DNA of 64,000 nucleotides, taken from the IMG/VR virus record IMGVR_UViG_3300032007_000009. One strand, given 5' to 3'. The position numbers and the translations under genes are program-made. This document shows, piece by piece, positions 14,758 to 25,047 of the stretch (position 1 is its first letter; each line of letters begins with the position of its first letter). The stretch comes from a virus (lineage: Duplodnaviria; Caudoviricetes). The notes beneath the pieces are model-generated. The model saw only the letters and a program-made list of their open reading frames with translations, was not told the DNA's origin and ran no database searches.

Positions 14758-15189
14758 TTATTCACTAATTAATTCTTCTTCAGAATCTATATCATCTTCT
14801 TGGTCATCGGGTATACCATTATGGTTTTCATCTTTAATTATTTGTCCATTTTCATCAAGAGGTTTAACATTAAATTTAGAATAAGAATATTCTGCAAGAG
14901 CTGCGGGAATTCCTCCAGATATAAATAATGTTGCAACACCACCAATATATATTGACATATCTGATAAATTAATTGTCATTGTATGATTATACCAAATATC
15001 AACAAGCATTCCTATAACAGGTATAAATAAAAGCATAACTCCTATACCGCCAACACATAATAAATATAAATATATTGGATTGACATTATTATTCTCCTTT
15101 GTTGCTCTTACGAAAAAGTTTTCTTTCTTTTTATGTTTCATATGTTTATATAATCCAAAAGTAGCAATATTTAAAATTTTGTTTATCAT
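14758..15189 (-). CDS. Two-TM membrane protein (holin-like candidate)
   Basis: Basic N-terminus, two hydrophobic segments, acidic tail with DENHNGIPD. Confidence 0.55.
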   Translation of the reverse strand: MINKILNIATFGLYKHMKHKKKENFFVRATKENNNVNPIYLYLLCVGGIGVMLLFIPVIGMLVDIWYNHTMTINLSDMSIYIGGVATLFISGGIPAALAEYSYSKFNVKPLDENGQIIKDENHNGIPDDQEDDIDSEEELISE

Positions 15190-15513
15190 TAATCTTATAT
15201 TATATATATTTTATGCCTCTATATATAATATATTTAAAAATAAATATGTTTATATTTTTAGTAAAACTATACTGTTATTTAATGTATAACGATTTATAAC
15301 ATATTAATAATCATACAATTACATCACAAGAATTAATTTATGTTAATAAATTAAGATATTTGTGAATTTTTTAATTTATATTAATAAAAATCCTATTTTC
15401 GTAAGAAACTATATAAATAACTTAATTTTATAATATTATATTTCTATTTTTAATTATAAATTTTAATAATAAAAAATAATAACGACATATATCTAAAATA
15501 TTTAAGAAAATAT

Positions 15514-15591
15514 ATGAATGAAATTATAGTTTGTGGAGTTGCATTTATAATTGCAATAATCCTTATTTGGAGTAAAGACAGTTTTAAATAA
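15514..15591 (+). CDS. Small hydrophobic peptide MNEIIVCGVAFIIAIILIWSKDSFK
   Basis: Manual translation; single TM. Confidence 0.5.
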   Translation: MNEIIVCGVAFIIAIILIWSKDSFK

Positions 15592-15619
15592 AATATAATA
15601 ACATATATAAATATATAAT

Positions 15620-15703
15620 ATGAAAAAGGTATTTAAAAGAATATGGGATACTTATTGTGAAGCTATGTATTTAGCATATTATCCATATTATACAAAGAAA
15701 TAA
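15620..15703 (+). CDS. Small peptide MKKVFKRIWDTYCEAMYLAYYPYYTKK
   Basis: Manual translation; AT-rich start context. Confidence 0.55.
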   Translation: MKKVFKRIWDTYCEAMYLAYYPYYTKK

Positions 15704-15756
15704 ATTAAAGAAAATAAAAACAATAAACAACAATAAAAATATATAAAATTAAAAAT

Positions 15757-15852
15757 ATGAAGACAATAAAGAAAGTATTAAAGAAGTTAGTTAACATCTA
15801 TATTGAAGGATGTAATCAAATGTATGGTGGAGGTTATTATGTACGTTTGTAA
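15757..15852 (+). CDS. Small peptide MKTIKKVLKKLVNIYIEGCNQMYGGGYYVRL
   Basis: Manual translation; amphipathic basic N-terminus. Confidence 0.55.
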   Translation: MKTIKKVLKKLVNIYIEGCNQMYGGGYYVRL

Positions 15853-15949
15853 AAAGATTTTAGATTTTATATCTAATAAGTTATCTGAACATGCAAATAA
15901 TGTCTATAATGATTATGTATATAGACATAGAAAATAAATTAATTAAAAT

Positions 15950-16051
15950 ATGAAAGTTATGAAAAGAATAAAGAATATAATTAGTAAAATATATAATAAT
16001 ACTAATATGACTCCTACAGGAATGATTCCATTGACAAATATATATAAGTAA
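15950..16051 (+). CDS. Small peptide MKVMKRIKNIISKIYNNTNMTPTGMIPLTNIYK
   Basis: Manual translation; MTPTGMIP motif. Confidence 0.55.
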   Translation: MKVMKRIKNIISKIYNNTNMTPTGMIPLTNIYK

Positions 16052-16056
16052 TATAT

Positions 16057-16155
16057 ATGAAAACATTCATATTTGGAATATCATTATTAATGATTCTATA
16101 TATCTTAAAATATTTAGATAATAAAACTTGGAATTCAAATTATAATATTAATTAA
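16057..16155 (+). CDS. Small hydrophobic peptide (32 aa)
   Basis: Manual translation MKTFIFGISLLMILYILKYLD... Confidence 0.4.
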   Translation: MKTFIFGISLLMILYILKYLDNKTWNSNYNIN

Positions 16156-16195
16156 GAATTCCAAGTTTATTTTTTATATTTATTATATTTAATAT

Positions 16196-18088
16196 TTAAT
16201 TATATGGAGTAAACATTGATTCTCCACCAAAACTTAATAATCCATAAGGATCTGTTGTATCTTGTTGTTCATTATGATTATTCCATTTTGAATTAACTAC
16301 TCCTAATATTCTAGATTCTTCAATATCTTCTAATAAGTTTTTATATTTTGTTGTCTGCATTACCATAGGTACTTGAACAAATGTCATAATAATATCGTCA
16401 TGACCGTATGTAGCTTTATAAGTACCATTACCATTTTTATCTTCAAAGTTTTCTAATTCTCCTAATGTAACTATATCTCGAGTTGTTATTTGTCCTTTTT
16501 CAAATAATGTTTTTAACATAGAACACGCTGTACCTTTATTTCCTGATGTGAATTTAATACCAGGAATATAATGAGAAGAAGAAGAACCTCTACCAATTAT
16601 TTGTTCATCTAATGCTGTTTTTCTATATGTAACAAAATTAGACATTTCTAATTCAGGACATATATTAAATCTATATGTTGATGATGGGTCAAAATCTGTT
16701 TCATTATAATCTAATAATAATCTATAGAATAATGCTCCATAAGTATTCCATTCTAATGACCATATACAGTTTTCACCATTAAATAGTTGCCCCATTAATA
16801 ACCAGAATTCCAATGATGAATGTTCTAAATCAACTTCATTAGATTTCCAATAACCAACATGTTTAAAATAATCTTTTCTATCTATTAAGAATATATCAAA
16901 TACTGTTGAGTCTCCACCGAAACCTTCTGCTAAATCAACAGTTATCAAAAAGAATGAATTCTTAATTAATTCTAAATCAAAATCTGGATCCCATTTTAAA
17001 CATTCTGGGTGATTAAGAAATAGATTATATATATTATTGATTTCTTCTGTACGCGGTTCAAATAATATTGAATCATCTCTTAATAAAGCAATACGTTCAC
17101 GAGATACTAAACATTTATCTGAAGCAGAGAACTGAGTACCATACTGATAATAGAAAGCTTCAACAGAACCTAAAACTCCTATCATTTCTTCTTTCCATTG
17201 ATTTGTTCTTTTTTCCCATGTTTTTGTTTCAGGATTAAATTGAGGTACCTGATTCCAATCAACTTTAAATGGAGCATATATATTTGTCTTTTCAATAGCG
17301 CCTTTCCAAAGTTTATAAAACAAATTAAATCCATTTTGTGTTGACATTATACAAACATTTGAGTCAGTAATTGTAGTTACAGTAGGTATAATGTTGTTAT
17401 AGAATAATTCTACATCATTAGGTGGACACCATGCAAACTCATCAAGAATAAGGAAGTTAATTGTTTTACCAAGACCTGCAGTTGGTGAAAATGATTCAGT
17501 TGAAATTGAAGAATTATTATCAAATGAAATTTCAGATTGATTCCATTTCATAGTACCAATCTTTAAGTGATATGGTAAATACAAATACATATCTTTAATT
17601 TTTTTAATCAAATCTAAACCTGCAGGACCAGATTTAGAAAGAATAAGACCTGCTTTATCTGAATTAAATAATATTACCCAAAGACAATATATAGCTGTTG
17701 TAGTTGACTTTCCGCTTTGTCTACAAGAAAGGAATATTGAAAAACGATTTTTCTGTAAATGTCTTATATAATCAACCTGATAATCTCTAAGAACACAAGG
17801 TTTTAATCCTTCTGGAGTCTTAAGATAACATTTAGATGCAAAATAAATTGGATCTAATGCACATTTCTTATAATCTTCAATTTCTTCTTGTGTATATTTA
17901 CGAACTAATTCAGGTTTTAATAATTTAGTATTTTTGTTCAAAAAAGGACTAGCTTTAAGTGGTTGTCCTTGTTGTATTCCTTCTAAAGCTTTATTAATAA
18001 CCGCAGTCGACCATATAACTTTTTCTGCTTCTTTACCACCAACCTGATCTTTAATCGGATTGAATTCATATTCAAATTCTTTACTCAT
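16196..18088 (-). CDS. terL: Terminase large subunit (T4 gp17-like)
   Basis: LRDYQ, RQSGKST Walker A, LILDEFAW Walker B, VDLAEGFGGD and GHDDIIM nuclease motifs. Confidence 0.95.
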   Translation of the reverse strand: MSKEFEYEFNPIKDQVGGKEAEKVIWSTAVINKALEGIQQGQPLKASPFLNKNTKLLKPELVRKYTQEEIEDYKKCALDPIYFASKCYLKTPEGLKPCVLRDYQVDYIRHLQKNRFSIFLSCRQSGKSTTTAIYCLWVILFNSDKAGLILSKSGPAGLDLIKKIKDMYLYLPYHLKIGTMKWNQSEISFDNNSSISTESFSPTAGLGKTINFLILDEFAWCPPNDVELFYNNIIPTVTTITDSNVCIMSTQNGFNLFYKLWKGAIEKTNIYAPFKVDWNQVPQFNPETKTWEKRTNQWKEEMIGVLGSVEAFYYQYGTQFSASDKCLVSRERIALLRDDSILFEPRTEEINNIYNLFLNHPECLKWDPDFDLELIKNSFFLITVDLAEGFGGDSTVFDIFLIDRKDYFKHVGYWKSNEVDLEHSSLEFWLLMGQLFNGENCIWSLEWNTYGALFYRLLLDYNETDFDPSSTYRFNICPELEMSNFVTYRKTALDEQIIGRGSSSSHYIPGIKFTSGNKGTACSMLKTLFEKGQITTRDIVTLGELENFEDKNGNGTYKATYGHDDIIMTFVQVPMVMQTTKYKNLLEDIEESRILGVVNSKWNNHNEQQDTTDPYGLLSFGGESMFTPYN

Positions 18089-18097
18089 AATTTATAA

Positions 18098-18961
18098 TTA
18101 CATTGGTAAATTAATACCTGTCATACTCATTAATTTTAAGTTAGCTTTCTGTGTAGCTGATTTTGCTTTAATGACTGTCTTAGATACAGCAGTATCTTTA
18201 GCATCTTTTATTTTATGAGCAGCTTTATTAATATTATTATTGTATAATTCAGCCATTTTCATTCCTATTTTATCACCTTCTCCTTTACAGAAATCATTAA
18301 CACTTTTTTCAATTTTTGAATATTGTTCATCTAAACTTTTCTTAACATTTTGTTTGGTTGTTTCTATTCTTTTTGTCATTTCTGTAGCTACCCATTCAGA
18401 ACCTTCTAATGCATACTCTACAACTTTGTTTAATTCCGTTATTGAATCTTCAACAAATTTCTTTGCTGTTGTAATACCTTTAGCTATATTTTCTTTTGCT
18501 TCATTGATTTTATTATTCTTAAATTCTTCTTCATTCTTTTCGTTTTGTTCTTTAGTTATATCTTCAACATTTTTTGTTAATTCATCCAATACATCAGAAA
18601 CACTTAATTTAATACCTGGTTCATTAAACTTATCTGTAGCAGCTTGAGCAATTTTTCCTGGAATAGACCCAACTAATGAAGCGCTTTTACCACTATATTC
18701 TCCAATTAACTGACCAGTTTCATTACTAATTTCTCCAATAGCTACACTTAACATTGATGCAGCTATACTTTGTAATTCATTGGTAGTTATAAATTGTGTT
18801 TCAACTTCATATACTGCATTTTTTGTAACATTTTTAACATCAGCAACAGCATTTTTACCAGCGGTTGATATTGCTGATGTTGCTGCCCCACTTAAAAATG
18901 AAGTACCCTTATTAACATCATTTCTATTTACTAATCCTGCAAGTGCACTATTAATTTCCAT
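18098..18961 (-). CDS. Hypothetical helical protein in virion cluster
   Basis: ORF track, operon context. Confidence 0.65.
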   Translation of the reverse strand: MEINSALAGLVNRNDVNKGTSFLSGAATSAISTAGKNAVADVKNVTKNAVYEVETQFITTNELQSIAASMLSVAIGEISNETGQLIGEYSGKSASLVGSIPGKIAQAATDKFNEPGIKLSVSDVLDELTKNVEDITKEQNEKNEEEFKNNKINEAKENIAKGITTAKKFVEDSITELNKVVEYALEGSEWVATEMTKRIETTKQNVKKSLDEQYSKIEKSVNDFCKGEGDKIGMKMAELYNNNINKAAHKIKDAKDTAVSKTVIKAKSATQKANLKLMSMTGINLPM

Positions 18962-18965
18962 TTAA

Positions 18966-19664
18966 TTAATTTACCATTGTTTTTTTAGTTGTTAAATCTT
19001 CATCTGATTTTTTAAATGCTTCTTTAATTTTTCTAACTGGTTCAGTTAAATGTCCTGTTTTATCTGCTTGTTTTAATGTAGCTTCTTCTAATTTTTGAAA
19101 AAGACTTTGCATTTTAGCTCTCCATTCATTAAACTGATTACCCATAATTGTAGGTTCTTTTGAATCTTTATCTTTATCTCCAATATAAACAGTGTCTCCA
19201 ACTATACAAATTCTACAATTATTAGTATCTAATTCAAATTCTTTATTAGGTTTTAAATTTATATGATCTTCACCAATTTTTGTAAAATAACCTTGTTGAT
19301 CATCATATGTTGACATAACATCTCCATTAGATGAATGACGAGAATGAAAAACATCTGGATTATCATCATAATGTTCATCTAAGAATGCTTGTGTTATATC
19401 TAATGTTTCAAAGTATGGAAACCACCAATATTCATTATAATTTGTTTTTGAAATAAGAATCCATACCTTTTGACCTTTAATAGGACGACTAAAAGTTTGA
19501 AAAGCACCCATTTTAAAACAACGAACCCAAGGCATAGCTTCTTCTTCAGTAGTATCTGAATGTATAACTCCAGGAATTACACATTTAATTCTACCTATAT
19601 GTAATGGGTCGTTGTCATAAAGAACAACCCCTAATATAACATAATAATCTATTAACTCACCCAT
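18966..19664 (-). CDS. Baseplate spike/hub protein (gp5/gpV OB-fold)
   Basis: GVVLYDNDPLHIGRIKCVIPG..MPW..P..GQKVW. Confidence 0.8.
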   Translation of the reverse strand: MGELIDYYVILGVVLYDNDPLHIGRIKCVIPGVIHSDTTEEEAMPWVRCFKMGAFQTFSRPIKGQKVWILISKTNYNEYWWFPYFETLDITQAFLDEHYDDNPDVFHSRHSSNGDVMSTYDDQQGYFTKIGEDHINLKPNKEFELDTNNCRICIVGDTVYIGDKDKDSKEPTIMGNQFNEWRAKMQSLFQKLEEATLKQADKTGHLTEPVRKIKEAFKKSDEDLTTKKTMVN

Positions 19665-19682
19665 ATATATCTAATTTATATA

Positions 19683-20114
19683 TTATATATCTTCAGGTTT
19701 TACATATTCTTCAGGACCTGTACTAGGTATTACCTTTTCAGGATCAAACATTGTAAATATATATTTAACCCAAGTATATCTTTTGCGTTTATTTAAATAT
19801 TCATAATCATATGTATTATAATATGCTTCTTGTTCAAGTGATATTGAACGATAAGCAACTTTTGAAATAGTTCTTCCATATTGTTTCTTTTTATAAAACC
19901 AACCAAATGGAATTTTAATTATCCATTCTAATAAATATAATGGTAAGAATAATATATATCCTAAATCTTTATACTGTTCAGAATGAATAGATTCATGATT
20001 TACAGTTGATTTTTTTAATTTACCTTTATACTTATTACGAGCAAATAATACTCCAAATAAGTTCATACAAGAAAATCCTTCAAAAGGAATAATTGAATTA
20101 TAAATTATTTTCAT
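19683..20114 (-). CDS. HExxH-motif protein, Bacteroidota-type
   Basis: NHESIHSEQ..LYLLEW..AYRSISLEQEAY. Confidence 0.7.
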   Translation of the reverse strand: MKIIYNSIIPFEGFSCMNLFGVLFARNKYKGKLKKSTVNHESIHSEQYKDLGYILFLPLYLLEWIIKIPFGWFYKKKQYGRTISKVAYRSISLEQEAYYNTYDYEYLNKRKRYTWVKYIFTMFDPEKVIPSTGPEEYVKPEDI

Positions 20115-20133
20115 GCTTTATAAATATATATAA

Positions 20134-21900
20134 TTATGCTTGAGTTGTTTCTGGAGATTCTGGTTGAACATCTCCTAACATTTCAGAATCTATATCTGAT
20201 GCGTCATTTTCAGCTCCTTCTTCTTCACCAGTTTCTTCTTCACCAGTTTCTTCTTCTCCAGTATCTTCTTCAGATTCAGATTCTTCTTCATTTCCACCTG
20301 CTTTAAGTTTTTCTTCTAACTTATATTTTTCATTAAGTTCAAGATCAGCATCAGACATCTTAAGATACTTCATAATTAAGAACTTAAGTGAGAAGAATGA
20401 TTCTTCATTACCTTCTGCATCAGTTGTTGCTAAACTGTCTTTCATAGTACCAATGAATTCTACACGACGAGTCATAACTTCAATATTCATTTGTTCTTCA
20501 AACAAGTTATAACTATTCCAACGAAGGGATATAGAATCTAATATACGTTTATCATTCTTAATATCTGGTACTGAAAGTGTCAACTGAATACGTAATGGTT
20601 TTAACATTATTTCAGCAAATGTATTACGAAGTCTAGTAACAAATCTTGAGAAATCAATTTCATCACGTAATGCTTGTGTTGGATCATTACCAAACCATGT
20701 TGATTGTGCTTCTTTGTCAAATCTATTTGCAGGTATTTTAGACATCTTCCAAAGTTTAGATTCAAAATATCTAATTTGATCTGAATCATTAAGCATAGGT
20801 CCATTATCTACAAGTGTTTCTATTTCAGGACGACCATTTTCATTTTCAGGTAACCAGTATTCTTTATTAAATGGCATATTCATTTTACCATTAATCCTAA
20901 GTTCACCTGTTTCTGTATTAAATGATATGTCTTCTTTATAACGATTCATTGTCTGTGCTAATGTCTGCATACCTTTTGTACGATTCATTGTACCGACAGG
21001 AATTGTAAATAAAGTTTTAAATGATGATTGTGTAACTGTCCAAATAACTTGAGCTTGTTCAACAATACGATATAAATTAAATGGTCTTATAAGACGTTCA
21101 AGATATGATTGTCTAGTACTTACACCCGAATCTTCATATTTAATATAAATAATTTGAGAATCCAATAATGTACGTTCAAATCCAATTCTTCCTTCAAATT
21201 GAATCCAATATGTTGTACCATCTTTAATCTTCTTAGTTAATGTGGCAGGATCAATATCCATTATACCTATAATAGCTTTAGGATTTTCTAAATTATCATA
21301 AACAATTTCATAAGCTAATACTCCATCAATTAAGAAACGTTTATATTCATCCCATGCAAATTTCTTCCATTCAAGTAAAAGATAAATCTTATAGAATGCA
21401 ACATCCATAGCATTACGAATTTCTTCTGCTGATTTTTCATTTAAATCTTGAATAAGTCCAGTATCCAAGAATGGTGTACAGATATAAGATTCATCATCAT
21501 CATAAACAATAGATTCGTTAGCCATGATATCTAATATGTCTTCAAGTTCAGGTTGCATAGCCATTTTACGAAGTACATCACGTTTCTGTTCTAATGTTTT
21601 TTCAGAGAATGATTTATCTTCTTCAGGTTTAACTTTCCAATTATTCATTGTTGAACCCATAAGAACTTGTTGCAACATAAAGTCATCTTTAGGTTGTAAT
21701 GCTTTATCTGCTGGTAGTGCAACCATGTTCTTATATACATCTTCAGAATAATTCATTCCATAATGAGATAAAGAAGTTAATATTTTAGACCATCTTGTTG
21801 GCTTTTGAATATTACCATAAGACTTATTAAAATTATTCTCTACAGCTTCGTTTATAGATTGCTCATTTTCTAAAACGTTTTCTAAATTACCAAATATCAT
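20134..21900 (-). CDS. Portal protein (T4 gp20-like)
   Basis: FLIDG, SYLERLIRPFN, YWLP, EIETL, RDEIDFSRFVTRLRNTF. Confidence 0.92.
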   Translation of the reverse strand: MIFGNLENVLENEQSINEAVENNFNKSYGNIQKPTRWSKILTSLSHYGMNYSEDVYKNMVALPADKALQPKDDFMLQQVLMGSTMNNWKVKPEEDKSFSEKTLEQKRDVLRKMAMQPELEDILDIMANESIVYDDDESYICTPFLDTGLIQDLNEKSAEEIRNAMDVAFYKIYLLLEWKKFAWDEYKRFLIDGVLAYEIVYDNLENPKAIIGIMDIDPATLTKKIKDGTTYWIQFEGRIGFERTLLDSQIIYIKYEDSGVSTRQSYLERLIRPFNLYRIVEQAQVIWTVTQSSFKTLFTIPVGTMNRTKGMQTLAQTMNRYKEDISFNTETGELRINGKMNMPFNKEYWLPENENGRPEIETLVDNGPMLNDSDQIRYFESKLWKMSKIPANRFDKEAQSTWFGNDPTQALRDEIDFSRFVTRLRNTFAEIMLKPLRIQLTLSVPDIKNDKRILDSISLRWNSYNLFEEQMNIEVMTRRVEFIGTMKDSLATTDAEGNEESFFSLKFLIMKYLKMSDADLELNEKYKLEEKLKAGGNEEESESEEDTGEEETGEEETGEEEGAENDASDIDSEMLGDVQPESPETTQA

Positions 21901-22065
21901 ATATTTAAATAAATGTTTTATATATATTAAAAATAAATAAAATAATAATATATACTAATAAATTTATATTGAATATATTAAAAATTAAATAATATTTAGA
22001 AAATATTGAATATTTTTATCTTATTTACTATATTTTTATAAATCAAACAAATAAGTATATATATA

Positions 22066-23253
22066 ATGAATCCTAAATTGTATTTTAAATGTAACAAAAG
22101 TAAAGGAGTTTTGATTCCAGTGTCAGGTATTAATAAATCTCTTGATAAGATTTTTGTTTCTTCTGAAATTATAGAAAACAATAAGAAAGGATATAATGGT
22201 TATACCATTGATTTTATTAATAATTGTGATGCAACAGATATTTTCTGGAGTGAAGAGTATTCTTGGTCAAAAGATACAAAAACATTTAATTTTTTCAGAA
22301 TTAATGTATGTAACGAAAATGACTATATTTCTATGAGTACTGAACCTTCTGATTTTAATGTTAATACTAATTATACATACACTGAAAATACAAATGAAGG
22401 AAGTTCAATAAGTACTAATTTTATATTAAATATTGCAAATAATTATCCTTGTCCAGATATCAGTACAGGTTTTTATATTGAAGATCGTAAATGGAAAATT
22501 CTTGTAAGAAATATTCTTAAGCATCAGAATACTTTACTAACTGGTCCCACAGGCACAGGTAAGACAGATATTATTATTCGTATTTGTAAGACCTTAGGAA
22601 TTCCTTGCCACATATATGATATGGGTGCTATGATTGATCCACTTACAGATCTTTTAGGATCACATCGTTTGGAGAATGGAAGTTCAAAATTTGATTATTC
22701 AAAATTTGTAAAAGATATTCAGGAGCCTGGTGTTATTCTTTTGGATGAAATATCTCGTGCTCCAGCAATGACAAATAATATACTTTTTCCATGTTTGGAT
22801 ATGCGTAGAGTTCTTCCTGTAGAGATTGCAGATTCAAATGGTCCTCGAGAAATACCCGTTCATCCTGAATGTACTTTTATTGCGACTGCTAATATTGGCT
22901 CAGAATATGCGGGTACTAATGATTTGGATTGTGCATTGGAAAATAGATTTATGACAATTCAGGTTGATTATTTACCGAAAAGCATTGAAACACAGATAAT
23001 TAATATTAGAACAAACTGTAGTGTATCTTATGCAGAAAAAATAGTTAGTGTTGCAAATACACTTAGAGAAAGATATCTTGCGGGTATAATAAGTAAGACT
23101 ATATCTACTCGTGAAACACTTTTATGTGGAGAACTTATTGTTGATGGATTTACTCTTATTGAAGCAATTAATTTTGCATTTACTGAAAAGTTTTCAAAGA
23201 ATGGTGACAATCCTGAATATGATGTTGTTAAGAAAATAATAATGGGATTCTAA
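22066..23253 (+). CDS. MoxR/CbbQ-NirQ-type AAA+ ATPase
   Basis: GPTGTGKT, ILLDEISRA, FIATAN, LDCALENRF, ISTRE. Confidence 0.9.
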   Translation: MNPKLYFKCNKSKGVLIPVSGINKSLDKIFVSSEIIENNKKGYNGYTIDFINNCDATDIFWSEEYSWSKDTKTFNFFRINVCNENDYISMSTEPSDFNVNTNYTYTENTNEGSSISTNFILNIANNYPCPDISTGFYIEDRKWKILVRNILKHQNTLLTGPTGTGKTDIIIRICKTLGIPCHIYDMGAMIDPLTDLLGSHRLENGSSKFDYSKFVKDIQEPGVILLDEISRAPAMTNNILFPCLDMRRVLPVEIADSNGPREIPVHPECTFIATANIGSEYAGTNDLDCALENRFMTIQVDYLPKSIETQIINIRTNCSVSYAEKIVSVANTLRERYLAGIISKTISTRETLLCGELIVDGFTLIEAINFAFTEKFSKNGDNPEYDVVKKIIMGF

Positions 23254-23254
23254 T

Positions 23255-23443
23255 ATGCTTGCATCAAAAATGATAACTCGTCTTCAAAAATTAATTGATA
23301 AACATGGAGATTTTCAAGTTGATATGCTATCATTGATTATTGAAGACGGTAATATAATAGGAGAGAAATTACTTCCTATCAGACAAATTAAATATCGAAA
23401 GAAACTTGGAAAATTTTTTACTGATTTTGTAGGAGGATTTTAA
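23255..23443 (+). CDS. Hypothetical protein
   Basis: Fills gap between AAA and smpB with 1-nt spacing. Confidence 0.6.
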   Translation: MLASKMITRLQKLIDKHGDFQVDMLSLIIEDGNIIGEKLLPIRQIKYRKKLGKFFTDFVGGF

Positions 23444-23444
23444 T

Positions 23445-23882
23445 ATGGAAATTATAAATAGAAAAGCTAAACATGATTATGATATTGTAGAAACTTATAA
23501 TGCAGGATTAGTATTAATAGGTTCTGAAGTCAAATCTATTAAAGCAGGCAAAGCAAACATTGGAGATGCATATTGTGTCATAACTAATAGTGAGGTTTGG
23601 TTAAAGAATTCTCATGTTTCTAAATATGACTCAGATATATTTACAAATCATGAAGAGAAACGTGAACGTAAATTACTTTTGAATAAAAAAGAAATACGAA
23701 AGATTAAAGAACAAATTTCTGAAAAAGGATTTACTATTATACCTTTAAAAATATATATCGAAAAAGGTAAGATTAAATTACAGATAGGAGTATGTAAAGG
23801 TAAACATAATTATGATAAACGAAATGACATAAAAGATAGAGATAATAAACGTGAATTAGATCGTATAATGAAAAACTATTAA
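23445..23882 (+). CDS. smpB: SsrA-binding protein SmpB
   Basis: NRKAKHDY..AGLVLIGSEVKSIK..RERKLLLNKKEI..GFTIIPL..KGKHNYDKR. Confidence 0.97.
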   Translation: MEIINRKAKHDYDIVETYNAGLVLIGSEVKSIKAGKANIGDAYCVITNSEVWLKNSHVSKYDSDIFTNHEEKRERKLLLNKKEIRKIKEQISEKGFTIIPLKIYIEKGKIKLQIGVCKGKHNYDKRNDIKDRDNKRELDRIMKNY

Positions 23883-23941
23883 TCATATATTAAAATAAAT
23901 TTACAAATATTCTATTTTATAAAAAAATAGATATTTGTTAA

Positions 23942-25030
23942 ATGAAAATAGATAGTTGTATAATTGTAAAAAATGAAGAAGCTACAATCAAAAAACTAAT
24001 AAATCAGTTTTTAATGTTTTCAAATGAGGTTCATATTACAGACACTGGATCAACTGATAATACAATAGAAATTATAAATAATATTATAAAAGATCATTCA
24101 AATGTTTATTTACATCATTTTAAATGGTGTATGGATTTTTCTAAAGCACGAAATTATTCTTTAACTTGTTATAATTGTACAGCAGATTATCAATTTTGGT
24201 GTGATGGTGATGATGAACTTAATGATAAATTAATTGAAACATTAATTGAACTTACAAAAAAGGAAGATTCTAATATAGATATTTATTTTATGAAATATCT
24301 TTATGCTCCACCAAGTTCATATACACATTTTAGAACTTCATTATTAAAAGTATCATCTAAATTAAAATGGAATGATCCTATACATGAATATATAGGTTAT
24401 ACTACTAATCATAAAGTTGATTATGATACTTTTAATAATGGTTCATTAATTATACATCATAAAAATCAATCAGTTAATCATGGTTCTCGTAATTTAGGAA
24501 TATTTCTAAATATGGAAATAACTAAATATCAATTTACTGCAAGGAATAGATTTTATTATGGGCGTGAATTATTTTATAATAAATTAAATGATTTAGCTGC
24601 AAGTCAATTTTATAAATGTATAGATTCTACTGAGAATAATTTTTTAGATAAAGTAAATGCATCAATTAAACTATTTGAAATTAATGATGAACATGCAATA
24701 GATTACTTTTTTAAATTATTTAAAATTGGAACTTATCGTAAAGATTTGTTTTATCATGTAGGAAATTATTATTTTAATAAGAAAGATGAAGATACAGCAA
24801 GACTTTATTATTTAAATTGTATTAATTGTGATAATCCAAAAAATAGTCAATCGTTTGGATATAATAAAGATTGTCATATTAATTCATTATTACAACTTGG
24901 TGTTATTGCATTTCATAGAAAAGAAATAGATAAATCAATTCAATATAATAAAGATATACTAGAAATTTCAAATAATGAAACTGCTATAAATAATATTAAA
25001 ATTTTGGAAAAAATAAAGAATAAAACTTAA
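23942..25030 (+). CDS. Family 2 glycosyltransferase with TPR C-terminus
   Basis: IIVKNEE, DTGSTDNT, DFSKARN, DGDD, IHE; TPR-like helices. Confidence 0.88.
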   Translation: MKIDSCIIVKNEEATIKKLINQFLMFSNEVHITDTGSTDNTIEIINNIIKDHSNVYLHHFKWCMDFSKARNYSLTCYNCTADYQFWCDGDDELNDKLIETLIELTKKEDSNIDIYFMKYLYAPPSSYTHFRTSLLKVSSKLKWNDPIHEYIGYTTNHKVDYDTFNNGSLIIHHKNQSVNHGSRNLGIFLNMEITKYQFTARNRFYYGRELFYNKLNDLAASQFYKCIDSTENNFLDKVNASIKLFEINDEHAIDYFFKLFKIGTYRKDLFYHVGNYYFNKKDEDTARLYYLNCINCDNPKNSQSFGYNKDCHINSLLQLGVIAFHRKEIDKSIQYNKDILEISNNETAINNIKILEKIKNKT

Positions 25031-25047
25031 ATATATAAATATTAATT

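Noticed and set aside
20215-20295. Repeats TCTTCACCAGTT in the portal gene
   Set aside because: Encode an acidic low-complexity tail (EEETG)n
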